From Flavobacteriaceae bacterium (GTDB lineage Bacteria; Bacteroidota; Bacteroidia; Flavobacteriales; Flavobacteriaceae), in the NCBI GenBank assembly GCA_041392125.1, contig JAWKMR010000008.1, positions 28,701-92,700 on the forward strand: a stretch of 64,000 bases of DNA, in the 5' to 3' direction. The translations under genes were made by a program, and so were the position numbers. The notes beneath the pieces are model-generated. The model was given only the letters and a program-made list of their open reading frames with translations. It made no database searches and was not told the DNA's origin. Of this stretch, positions 49,028 through 57,767 are shown piece after piece. Numbering within the stretch: the first letter of the stretch is position 1; the number at the start of each line of letters is the position of its first letter.

Positions 49028-49765
49028 CTAGAAAGAACTAATATCTCCGGACCCTGAAGTTTTTGTATCACTTCTTTCGGGGTTTCCTTTGTAGGTAATA
49101 TCTCCGGAACCACTTACTCTGGCATTTAGACTTTTATTGGCAACTACCCGGGCATCTCCGGAACCATTTACTTTTACTTCCGTACTATTGGATTGTAATT
49201 CAAAACCTTTAAAATCACCGCTTCCAGTAACAGTAACTTTAAGATTTTCGGTTTTACCCTCCAAAGTAATATCGCCTGAGCCGGTTACATCAGATTCAAC
49301 AGTAATGGCATCAATCATTAATTTCACATCGCCGGATCCGGTTATATTAACTTCCAGTCTATCGGCTTTAATCACATCCTTTGTGTCAATGTCTCCGGAG
49401 CCGGTAAGACTTACCTCCGAAATATCCTTAAAAGGAACCGTTACGTGAATACCATTTTTGGTTTTTAAGTAATAATTCTTTTCAGTTTTAATGATAAGTT
49501 CATTTCCCTTTACTTCAATCACCACGTATTCGTGTAAGTTGTCATCAGTTGTAACTGTTATATTTCCTTCATTTCCACTTACTAAGTGAACATCCATAGA
49601 GCCCACCAACTTAATTTCATCATAACTTCCTGTAGTTATTGTTTTTGTAGTGACATTTCCATCTCCCACTACTTTGTTGTTACCCCATTGTGCGTGGCTT
49701 TGTGTTGCTGAAAATACTAGGGCTGTGCAAATAATAGATTTTAAAATAGTTTTCATTGGTTTCAT
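49028..49765 (-). CDS. DUF2807 / head GIN domain beta-helix protein
   Basis: Signal peptide HA-Q; repeated (T/S)GSGD(I/V) rungs; Y.GNP terminal motif. Confidence 0.88.
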   Translation of the reverse strand: MKPMKTILKSIICTALVFSATQSHAQWGNNKVVGDGNVTTKTITTGSYDEIKLVGSMDVHLVSGNEGNITVTTDDNLHEYVVIEVKGNELIIKTEKNYYLKTKNGIHVTVPFKDISEVSLTGSGDIDTKDVIKADRLEVNITGSGDVKLMIDAITVESDVTGSGDITLEGKTENLKVTVTGSGDFKGFELQSNSTEVKVNGSGDARVVANKSLNARVSGSGDITYKGNPERSDTKTSGSGDISSF

Positions 49766-49768
49766 TTT

Positions 49769-50950
49769 TTAGAGTTTTTCAAGGGTTACCCCTCCATAGT
49801 TTGAATTAATGTTAATGGTGTTTCCAGAGTCTTTTCTTCCGTAGTACCCACTGTAGGTTTTGCTGGAGTAATCTTTTGAAGTCTTCATAATTTCTAAATC
49901 ATCCTCACCACTTAAATTTGCGTAGGATAAATCAACATAAAAATTGAAATTAGCATCACTCTCAAAGTAGATTTTAATTCCGGCGTAATCTGAATTAATA
50001 GTCACCTCTTTTACAGAGGATTTCATTTTTTCTACCGTTACAGAACCGTAATCGGTATTCACGCTCAAACTCCCTGTAAGTACATCGATTCGAAGTGGAA
50101 TATAATCGCCTCGACCCACTAATTTTCCTACTTTACCTATACGAAGTTTGCCATAATCATTATTGTAATTAATACTCGCTACATCATTAATTTCGGAATT
50201 GGTATAATCAGCATTTAGATCCAGTGTTTCTACTTTTTCTAATGTAAAACCTGAGTAATCGGCATTAATTTTACCACTTTTCATATAATTAATGGTAGAA
50301 TTGTTCGTGTAGTCAAAGTTCAAAGAATTGTTCTCTGCCAGAAGCTTTCCAATATTGACTTGCCCATAGTCGCAGTTAATTTTGGCATTACCTTGTAATT
50401 CATTTAGGGTAATTCCGCCATAATCATTATTTAAATCAACGCTATTGGTAATGGGCATTTTTATGGTGTAGTTTATCTCCATATGCACATTTTTGTTATT
50501 GTTTCCCCACCAACTCCAGGAGGAGTTTTTACGATCTTTGAAAATAGTTTTAGCGGTTACTTGTGAGGCACTTCCTGAAAAATCTACATCAATATTATTT
50601 AATTTTTCCTGAACCCGTTCTTCGTCATTTCCGTTTGTGCGAATTAAAACTTCTATTACAATTCGGTTTTCTGTCCAGGTAACGATATCTATATTTCCAT
50701 AGCTGTTATCCACAGTAAGCCCTGCATTGGCGTTGACCGAGTACTCTTTTTTGAGGGTTTTCTCTTTCGTATATTTCCCATCAGGTCCGTATTTTTCACC
50801 AGCGAAAGCTATTGCAGGGAGAAGAAATGCTGCTACTACTAAATTGATTAACTGCTTCATAAGAGTTGACTTTTTTATACGTAAGGGGCTATAGGATTGA
50901 TTAGAAACTAATCCATAAGTTGTATTAAAAATTTTGTATAGGTGTTTCAT
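49769..50950 (-). CDS. Secreted beta-strand-repeat (DUF4097-like) protein; alternative start ATG 50860
   Basis: Repeated N.(D/S)YG.(I/V) rungs; signal peptide follows the Met at 50860. Confidence 0.75.
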   Translation of the reverse strand: MKHLYKIFNTTYGLVSNQSYSPLRIKKSTLMKQLINLVVAAFLLPAIAFAGEKYGPDGKYTKEKTLKKEYSVNANAGLTVDNSYGNIDIVTWTENRIVIEVLIRTNGNDEERVQEKLNNIDVDFSGSASQVTAKTIFKDRKNSSWSWWGNNNKNVHMEINYTIKMPITNSVDLNNDYGGITLNELQGNAKINCDYGQVNIGKLLAENNSLNFDYTNNSTINYMKSGKINADYSGFTLEKVETLDLNADYTNSEINDVASINYNNDYGKLRIGKVGKLVGRGDYIPLRIDVLTGSLSVNTDYGSVTVEKMKSSVKEVTINSDYAGIKIYFESDANFNFYVDLSYANLSGEDDLEIMKTSKDYSSKTYSGYYGRKDSGNTININSNYGGVTLEKL

Positions 50951-51479
50951 TTTTGGTTGCTTTTAATGTTTTTACTTCTTCCATAGTGGTGAAAACTTGC
51001 TCTAAAATGTCAATTCGGTTTTGAAAGTTGGCAATCATAGCCGCTACTACGCGTTTATCGTTTCCACTTTCCACTAAATCTAGTTTTAGTTTTTCATAAT
51101 CTTGTTCAAGTACCTCCAATCTTTTAAGGGCATCTTCAACAAGATGTTGTGTGTCTTCATCCTGAAAGCTTTTTAAGGTTTCGATTTCTTGATTGATGGT
51201 TGTTATAAAAAAGGATTGCGTTTTTTCCATTTCGGAAGAAACACTAGCTAATCCTTCAGCTTCTTTCGCCGGCATTAGACTGAAAAAGCCAACTCCTAAT
51301 AATAAAAGTACAGAAGCAGCAATAGATAAATGTTTCCACCAAGAGGTCGCTTTCTTTTGGGGTTGTTGTGCTTTTAATTTTTCCAAAAAACGTTGCTGAT
51401 GACCTACCGGAGTTTCTTCTGTATTGAAGGAATCCTGTAATTTTTCAAACAATTTTTCTATGTTGTCTTGACTTTTCAT
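50925..51479 (-). CDS. Putative membrane anti-sigma factor
   Basis: Overlaps the ECF sigma stop; P.GH..RF..KL cytoplasmic motif, single TM (SIAASVLLLLG), helical C-terminus. Confidence 0.75.
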   Translation of the reverse strand: MKSQDNIEKLFEKLQDSFNTEETPVGHQQRFLEKLKAQQPQKKATSWWKHLSIAASVLLLLGVGFFSLMPAKEAEGLASVSSEMEKTQSFFITTINQEIETLKSFQDEDTQHLVEDALKRLEVLEQDYEKLKLDLVESGNDKRVVAAMIANFQNRIDILEQVFTTMEEVKTLKATKNETPIQNF

Positions 51480-52027
51480 GTGCTTACAGTTAATTTGGTT
51501 CTTAAACTTTCTTTGGCTCTGGAAATCATCGTTCTACAGTTGGCATAACTTATTTGAAGAATGTCACAAATCTCTTCATAATCATACCCTTCAATAAAGT
51601 GAAGTGTAAGAATATTTTGGTAGCTTTCATGAAGTGTTTCCATACAGTTTCGCAATTTGGTAATCTGTAAGGATTCATAATCTTCACTATCCATTCCATA
51701 GTCTTCTTCAGCTTCTTCTTTAAGGCTATATTCTGGCAAATCTGTAAATCGTTGATTTTTTCTAGCTTGAACGATACTGTTGTTAACCACAATACGTTTT
51801 AACCAAGAACCAAAGGTCGCAGTACCTTTAAACGTATCCAGTTTGCTAAAAGCAGCAATAAATGACTCCTGCATAACGTCCTCTGCTTCGGCGGTATTCT
51901 TTATAATTCGCAAAGCAGTATTGTACATGGCTTTATGGTAACGATTGTACACTTCTAATTGTGCCAATTGATTTCCCTTCTGACAAAGAGCGAGTAATGG
52001 TTCTATTTTTTGATCGGTTAGTGCCAA
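51476..52027 (-). CDS. ECF RNA polymerase sigma factor (TTG start)
   Basis: Region 2 AEDVMQESF...FGSWLKRI; region 4 EGYDYEEI...SRAK; 183 aa. Confidence 0.93.
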   Translation of the reverse strand: MALTDQKIEPLLALCQKGNQLAQLEVYNRYHKAMYNTALRIIKNTAEAEDVMQESFIAAFSKLDTFKGTATFGSWLKRIVVNNSIVQARKNQRFTDLPEYSLKEEAEEDYGMDSEDYESLQITKLRNCMETLHESYQNILTLHFIEGYDYEEICDILQISYANCRTMISRAKESLRTKLTVST

Positions 52028-52043
52028 AAAAACAAATGTTTAG

Positions 52044-52075
52044 TATAGAGATACGGTTTATAAACAATTGTTACA
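52044..52075 (-). promoter_or_regulatory. Putative autoregulatory ECF promoter
   Basis: Minus strand TGTAAC-N16-TATCTCTATA, 16 bp upstream of the sigma start codon. Confidence 0.65.
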
Positions 52076-52098
52076 CTTTCTATCATTTTTTTTTGAGG

Positions 52099-52114
52099 TG
52101 GCATAACAATTGAC
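52099..52114 (+). promoter_or_regulatory. Sigma-54-like promoter of lon
   Basis: TGGCATAACAATTGAC (GG-N10-GA), same form as the clpB site. Confidence 0.6.
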
Positions 52115-52242
52115 TTATATAGAGGAATGAATTTAAGTTAAATGAGGGAATATCCTGCATTTAACGTGTTAGAACGAGACTAATTTACTTAATAAGACCG
52201 TTGCATATGTTATATTTGCGACAGAATGTCTTAAAAATTACT

Positions 52243-54693
52243 ATGACGAAAACAAAATTGATAACCATAGACAGTTTGTCATTTCAAGACATAAAAGAAG
52301 ATGCAGAGTTAATCCCATTGATGACTCCGGAAGATGAAGATGCCATGGCAAAAGAAAAATTGCCGGAAACATTGCCCATTTTACCCCTAAAAAACACGGT
52401 CCTTTTTCCGGGGGTTGTAATACCCATTACAGCCGGAAGGGATAAGTCTATTAAACTAATTAACGAAACCAACAAAGGAAGCAAAGTGGTAGGTGTGGTT
52501 TCTCAAAAAGATGAAACGAAGGAAAACCCGGGTTTGGAAGATATTAATACGGTGGGAACCGTTGCCAGAATTCTGAAAGTCCTTAAAATGCCAGATGGTA
52601 ATACCACGGTAATTATTCAAGGAAAAAAACGTTTTGAAGTATCCCAATTGGTTACTACCGAACCTTATTTAACAGCTACCATAAAAGATGTCGCCGAAGC
52701 ACGTCCTGCTAAAGACGATAAACATTTTAGTGCAGTGGTGGATTCTATAAAGGAATTGGCTATCGATATTATTAAAGACAGCCCTAATATCCCGTCAGAT
52801 GCTGCTTTTGCTATCAAAAATATTGAAAGTGTTCCTTTTCTTATCAATTTTGTGTGTTCCAATCTCAATATTTCTGTTACTGAAAAGCAAAAGTTGTTAG
52901 AGATTAATGATCTTCAGGAACGCGCTCTGGAAACTTTGAAATTCTTAAATATTGAATTGCAAAAACTTTCCCTTCGAATGGATATTCAATCTAAGGTAGA
53001 AAGTGATATTTCCAAACAACAACGGGAGTATTTCCTTCAGCAGCAAATGAAGACCATTCAGGAAGAATTGGGCGGCTCTTCGTATGAAGCCGAAATTGAA
53101 GAAATGCGGGCCAAAGGAAAAACCAAAAAATGGAATGAAGACGTAAAAAAACATTTTGACAAGGAAATTTCCAAATTGCAACGCATGAATCCGCAAGTGG
53201 CAGAATTCAGTATTCAGCGTAATTATTTGGATTTACTATTGGAATTACCTTGGAACCAATATAGTAATGATAAATTCGACTTAAAAAGGGCTCGTAAAAT
53301 TTTAGACCGAGACCACTATGGTTTGGACGATGTAAAACAACGCATTATTGAATACCTCGCTGTTTTAAAACTCCGGAATGATATGAAATCGCCCATTCTT
53401 TGTCTATATGGGCCACCTGGCGTTGGGAAGACTTCTTTAGGAAAATCTATTGCGGAATCTTTAGGGCGAGAATATGTACGAATGTCTTTAGGAGGATTAA
53501 GAGATGAAGCAGAAATCCGCGGACATCGTAAAACGTATATAGGCGCTATGCCCGGTAGAATTTTACAGAGCATCAAAAAAGCCGGTACCAGTAATCCGGT
53601 ATTCGTGCTGGATGAAATAGACAAACTTTCGGTAGGAAGCCAGGGGGATCCTTCTTCAGCTATGCTAGAAGTATTAGATCCTGAGCAAAACAATGCTTTT
53701 TATGATAATTTCTTAGAGCTTGGATACGATCTTTCCAAAGTCATGTTTATAGCAACCTCTAATAGTCTAAGTACGATTCAGCCCGCTTTACGTGACAGAA
53801 TGGAAATTATTGATGTTTCGGGATATACCATAGAAGAAAAAGTAGAGATTGCCAAAAGACATTTACTTCCGAAGCAATTAAAAGAACACGGACTATCCAA
53901 CAAACACCTAATTATTAGAAAACCACAGTTAGAAAAGATTGTGGAAGGGTATACCCGTGAAAGTGGAGTACGAACGTTGGAAAAGCAAATTGCCAAAATG
54001 GTACGTCACGCTGCCATGAAAATTGCCATGGAAGAGGATTATGATATTGTAGTCACCAATGAAATGATAATTGAAGTACTGGGAGCTCCTAAAATGGAGC
54101 GAGATAAATATGAAAATAATGATGTGGCCGGGGTAGTAACGGGACTTGCTTGGACACGAGTAGGGGGAGACATCCTGTTTATTGAATCGGCCATATCAAA
54201 AGGAAAAGGTGCTTTAAATATGACTGGAAATCTTGGCACCGTGATGAAAGAATCGGCTACCATTGCCTTAGAATATATAAAATCTCATACCGAACAATTA
54301 GGAATTGATCCGGATGTTTTTGAAAAATATAACATTCATATTCACGTACCCGAGGGAGCCACTCCAAAGGATGGCCCTAGTGCCGGAATTACGATGCTTA
54401 CTTCGTTGGTTTCCTTATTTACCCAACGAAAAGTAAAGAAAAGTCTGGCCATGACCGGAGAAATTACCCTACGAGGTAAAGTATTGCCGGTAGGAGGAAT
54501 TAAAGAGAAAATACTGGCAGCCAAACGAGCGCGAATCAAGGAAATTGTTCTTTGTGAAGACAATAAAAGAGATATTGAAGAAATTAAAGCGGAATATCTA
54601 AAAGGACTAACCTTTCATTATGTAAAGGAAATGAGTGAGGTGCTTGAGGTAGCTATTACTAAGCAAAAAGTAAAAAACCCTAAAAAACTGTAA
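52243..54693 (+). CDS. lon: Lon protease (likely start ATG 52243)
   Basis: [28 protein letters not shown] (catalytic Ser) and GGIKEK motifs. Confidence 0.97.
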   Translation: MTKTKLITIDSLSFQDIKEDAELIPLMTPEDEDAMAKEKLPETLPILPLKNTVLFPGVVIPITAGRDKSIKLINETNKGSKVVGVVSQKDETKENPGLEDINTVGTVARILKVLKMPDGNTTVIIQGKKRFEVSQLVTTEPYLTATIKDVAEARPAKDDKHFSAVVDSIKELAIDIIKDSPNIPSDAAFAIKNIESVPFLINFVCSNLNISVTEKQKLLEINDLQERALETLKFLNIELQKLSLRMDIQSKVESDISKQQREYFLQQQMKTIQEELGGSSYEAEIEEMRAKGKTKKWNEDVKKHFDKEISKLQRMNPQVAEFSIQRNYLDLLLELPWNQYSNDKFDLKRARKILDRDHYGLDDVKQRIIEYLAVLKLRNDMKSPILCLYGPPGVGKTSLGKSIAESLGREYVRMSLGGLRDEAEIRGHRKTYIGAMPGRILQSIKKAGTSNPVFVLDEIDKLSVGSQGDPSSAMLEVLDPEQNNAFYDNFLELGYDLSKVMFIATSNSLSTIQPALRDRMEIIDVSGYTIEEKVEIAKRHLLPKQLKEHGLSNKHLIIRKPQLEKIVEGYTRESGVRTLEKQIAKMVRHAAMKIAMEEDYDIVVTNEMIIEVLGAPKMERDKYENNDVAGVVTGLAWTRVGGDILFIESAISKGKGALNMTGNLGTVMKESATIALEYIKSHTEQLGIDPDVFEKYNIHIHVPEGATPKDGPSAGITMLTSLVSLFTQRKVKKSLAMTGEITLRGKVLPVGGIKEKILAAKRARIKEIVLCEDNKRDIEEIKAEYLKGLTFHYVKEMSEVLEVAITKQKVKNPKKL

Positions 54694-54787
54694 GTTTAAC
54701 AAACTGCAGGAATACAATCCTTTTTTACTCGCCGAAAATAAATTATCATTGTACTCGTTAAAATTCCAAGGAACGTTTGCCAGGTTA

Positions 54788-55807
54788 ATGATTCGAAGAT
54801 TTACATTATTAGGATGCCTTTTTTTGGTTGTTACTGCCTTTGCCCAAGTAGGAGGTAAAGCCACCTATCAGTTTTTAAACTTGGGAATTTCACCACGGCA
54901 AGTAGCTTTGGGAGGTAAAGTCGTAACCAATTATGATTACGATCCCACACAAGGTATGTATAATCCTGCGAGCATCAATCCTGAAATGGATAATCAACTT
55001 TCTTTAAATTTTAATAATTATATAGGTGATGTTAGCTACGGAACGGCTTCCTATGCCTATTTGTGGGATAGGCGAACCCAAGTATTACACACCGGGATTA
55101 CCTACATTAACTACGGAAAGTTTGATGGCTATGATGAACAGGGAAACCCAACCGATACTTTTGGTGGAGGAGAAGTAGCACTTTCATTTGGACATGCCAG
55201 AAATATTGCTTTTACCAATTTTCATATAGGTGGAAATGTAAAATTCATTTCTTCAAAACTGGAGCAGTATAGTTCTTTTGGAGTGGCGTTGGACGTTGCC
55301 GTAATGTATGTGTACGAAGATTGGGATTTACATATTACTGCTGTAGCCCGAAACTTAGGAACCCAAGTACAGCCCTATGAAAATACTATCGAAAAATTAC
55401 CCTTCGAAGTTGTTTTAGGGATTTCGCAAACCTTACAAAATATTCCTATTCGCTGGCATTTTACGTTAGAAAACATGCAAACGTGGAATGTGGCTTTTGC
55501 TAACCCCAATAGAGATGAAATAGACCTAGAAGGAAATACTACTTCCGAAAAAATAACTTTCATAGACAATGCCTTCCGGCATATGATTGTGGGGATTGAA
55601 CTTTTTCCGGAAAGTGGATTTAACTTGCGTTTGGGGTATAACTTACGCCGTGCTGAAGAGTTACGAATTATAGAGCAGCGCTCTTTTGCCGGGTTAAGTG
55701 CGGGATTTGGAATTAAATTGAACAAACTTCGGTTAAGTTATGCGTATTCTAAATATAATTCGGCAGCCGCTACGAGCTTTTTCGGACTCAATATTAATCT
55801 TCAATAA
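54788..55807 (+). CDS. porQ: Type IX secretion system protein PorQ (likely start ATG 54788)
   Basis: QVGG..TYQFLN...SPRQ.ALGG, NPA, YN.RR.EEL, AGLS.GFG PorV/PorQ-family barrel; lon-porQ-cmk gene order. Confidence 0.8.
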   Translation: MIRRFTLLGCLFLVVTAFAQVGGKATYQFLNLGISPRQVALGGKVVTNYDYDPTQGMYNPASINPEMDNQLSLNFNNYIGDVSYGTASYAYLWDRRTQVLHTGITYINYGKFDGYDEQGNPTDTFGGGEVALSFGHARNIAFTNFHIGGNVKFISSKLEQYSSFGVALDVAVMYVYEDWDLHITAVARNLGTQVQPYENTIEKLPFEVVLGISQTLQNIPIRWHFTLENMQTWNVAFANPNRDEIDLEGNTTSEKITFIDNAFRHMIVGIELFPESGFNLRLGYNLRRAEELRIIEQRSFAGLSAGFGIKLNKLRLSYAYSKYNSAAATSFFGLNINLQ

Positions 55808-56499
55808 TGCGGAAAATTACCATTGCCATAGACGGTCACTCTTCTACAGGTAAAAGTACCGTGGCAAAACAATTGGCAGATTATTTAGGATACCTTTATG
55901 TAGATTCAGGAGCAATGTATCGAGCCATAACTCTGTTTGCCCTTCGGAAAGGTTTTATCTCGGAAACCCATTTCAACAAAGAAAAGTTAATAGCATCGCT
56001 ACCGAATATTCAATTGGAGTTCAAAAAAAATGAAGAGGGAATAGCCCAAATGTATTTGAATGGAGAACTTGTTGAAAAACAGATACGAACATTGGAGGTT
56101 TCTGAATTTGTGAGCCCTATTGCAACTGTTTCTGAAGTACGAAAAAAATTAGTCGAGCAACAGCAGAAAATGGGCAAAGAGGGAGGTATTGTGATGGATG
56201 GACGCGATATTACTACGGTAGTTTTTCCCAATGCCGAATTAAAGGTTTTTATGACAGCTTCAGCAGAAGTTCGTGCCAATAGAAGATTTTACGAATTGAA
56301 AGAACGAGGCGATCAAATTTCGTTTGTCGAAGTATTGGAAAATGTAAAGGAAAGAGATAACATCGATTCTAATAGGAAAGATTCTCCCTTAAGAATAGCC
56401 AAGGATGCCATTGTGATAGATAATAGCGAAACCAATCAGGAAGACCAGTTTCATATTTTGTTACAATTAGCAAAAGATCGAATTGCCGGAAGGGTATAA
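55807..56499 (+). CDS. cmk: Cytidylate kinase
   Basis: IAIDG.SSTGKST, DSGAMYRA, VMDGRDI and RD..DS.R..SPL motifs. Confidence 0.96.
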   Translation: MRKITIAIDGHSSTGKSTVAKQLADYLGYLYVDSGAMYRAITLFALRKGFISETHFNKEKLIASLPNIQLEFKKNEEGIAQMYLNGELVEKQIRTLEVSEFVSPIATVSEVRKKLVEQQQKMGKEGGIVMDGRDITTVVFPNAELKVFMTASAEVRANRRFYELKERGDQISFVEVLENVKERDNIDSNRKDSPLRIAKDAIVIDNSETNQEDQFHILLQLAKDRIAGRV

Positions 56500-56500
56500 A

Positions 56501-56524
56501 AAAACCACTCAAAAGAGTGGTTTT
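56501..56524. terminator. Bidirectional intrinsic terminator
   Basis: AAAACCACTC-AAAA-GAGTGGTTTT after cmk; A-run upstream gives a U-tail on the minus strand. Confidence 0.8.
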
Positions 56525-56540
56525 CATTTTGTTATAGGCT

Positions 56541-56675
56541 TTATAGTGAAATGGGCTCGGGGTAGTTATAATGCCCTGTAATGACGCTTGGAAAACAAAT
56601 CCTTTTTAAAAAATGTAAATCTCTACGTCTGCTTTCCCTCTTTATAATTTCAATGCTTTTTAAAAGTGGATTCAT
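56541..56675 (-). CDS. Unannotated 44-aa basic small ORF
   Basis: My translation: MNPLLKSIEIIKRESRRRDLHFLKRICFPSVITGHYNYPEPISL*. A-rich start context; ends 16 nt before the terminator. Confidence 0.45.
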   Translation of the reverse strand: MNPLLKSIEIIKRESRRRDLHFLKRICFPSVITGHYNYPEPISL

Positions 56676-56698
56676 AATTTGTTGTCTTTAAAAGCTAT

Positions 56699-56785
56699 TT
56701 ATCTAAATCTTCTTTTACTATTCCACACAAATCCTAAAGAGGTTTTTGGTTTTTCGATTAAGGTGTTTCTGTCTAAAGTTCTCAT
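56699..56785 (-). CDS. Unannotated 28-aa basic small ORF
   Basis: My translation: MRTLDRNTLIEKPKTSLGFVWNSKRRFR*. Start context AAAAAACAAAACA-ATG; directly downstream of an ECF-type promoter. Confidence 0.5.
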   Translation of the reverse strand: MRTLDRNTLIEKPKTSLGFVWNSKRRFR

Positions 56786-56828
56786 TGTTTTGTTTTTTAA
56801 TTGTTCGTTTTTGATGAATGATTGATAC

Positions 56829-56860
56829 TATATAGACGATGCTTAAAAATAAATGTTACA
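56829..56860 (-). promoter_or_regulatory. ECF sigma-type promoter
   Basis: Minus strand TGTAAC-N16-CGTCTATATA. Confidence 0.7.
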
Positions 56861-56940
56861 GTACTATGTATAACAAAGTAGTATTTTAACAAAATTTAAC
56901 AAAGTTGAATAAAAAATAGATGAGAAGTAATATAAAATAT

Positions 56941-57513
56941 TTAGGAGATATTCTTTTCGATTCGTTTGTCGGGAACAATCCACATAATGGCAACTAATAC
57001 ATAGAAACCTATGGCAATCCAGCTATTGAAAAAGGATAGCGATAAACCTAAAATGTATAAAACAAGAGACATTTTTCCTTTGATATCTTTCCCTATTTGT
57101 TTTTTGAGTATAAAATCATCACCGTGAAATTGCAGAATAGCCCCTTGTAAAATAAAATAGGCTATTGCACAAAGTAGCAGGTTTAAACCATAGAGTGCTA
57201 CCGTTAAAGATTCAGTGTAGTTTTCTCCCAACCAAGAAGTGGTAAAGGGGATAAGGGATAGCCAAAATAGCAAGTGTAGATTTGCCCAAAGAATTTTCCC
57301 ATTCACTTTTTCGGTAATTTGAAATAAATGGTGATGGTTATTCCAATAGATTCCGAGGTAAATAAAACTAAATAAGTAGCTGGCAAAAATGGGCCACTCG
57401 TGTAACAAGGCTTCTATAGACACCTCGTGTGGGGCTTTTAATTCCAAAACCATAATAGTAATGATAATAGCTAAAACACCATCACTAAAGGCTTCTAATC
57501 TTCCTGTTTTCAT
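56941..57513 (-). CDS. TMEM175/DUF1211 family membrane protein (K+ channel-like)
   Basis: RLEAFSDGVLAIIITIMVLE signature, W..HH motif, six TMs. Confidence 0.92.
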   Translation of the reverse strand: MKTGRLEAFSDGVLAIIITIMVLELKAPHEVSIEALLHEWPIFASYLFSFIYLGIYWNNHHHLFQITEKVNGKILWANLHLLFWLSLIPFTTSWLGENYTESLTVALYGLNLLLCAIAYFILQGAILQFHGDDFILKKQIGKDIKGKMSLVLYILGLSLSFFNSWIAIGFYVLVAIMWIVPDKRIEKNIS

Positions 57514-57584
57514 GGGAAATGAATTTATTTTATAAATATAAAATTTTCATTGGTAAGAAAATAATCTGTCAAAAAAGAAAACTC

Positions 57585-57615
57585 TTTGAAAATCAAAACT
57601 AAAACCCTATTTTTG
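57585..57615 (+). promoter_or_regulatory. Primary-sigma promoter of rpsA
   Basis: TTTG (57585-57588), 19-bp spacer, TATTTTTG (57608-57615). Confidence 0.75.
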
Positions 57616-57619
57616 CCAC

Positions 57620-57767
57620 CCTTTTTGGCGGCATTATCTGAAAACAAAAAGGAATAAGCTAAAAAAACAAAAACCCTTCTATGGGAACGCCGCAACACTT
57701 TTCAGTAAGAGCATAGAATACAAAGCACCATAGTAGTTTACTACTTTTAGTGTGCATTTAATTTATA
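57620..57767 (+). promoter_or_regulatory. Structured rpsA 5' leader
   Basis: Hairpins 57620-57652, 57677-57718 and 57725-57755; the loops of the first two are mutually complementary. Confidence 0.6.

Noticed and set aside
56885-56903. TTTAACAAA direct repeat (10-bp period) and similar TTGTTAA pairs at 13619-13637
   Set aside because: Could be regulator sites, but they are too short and AT-rich to separate from background by eye, and the spacing differs between sites.
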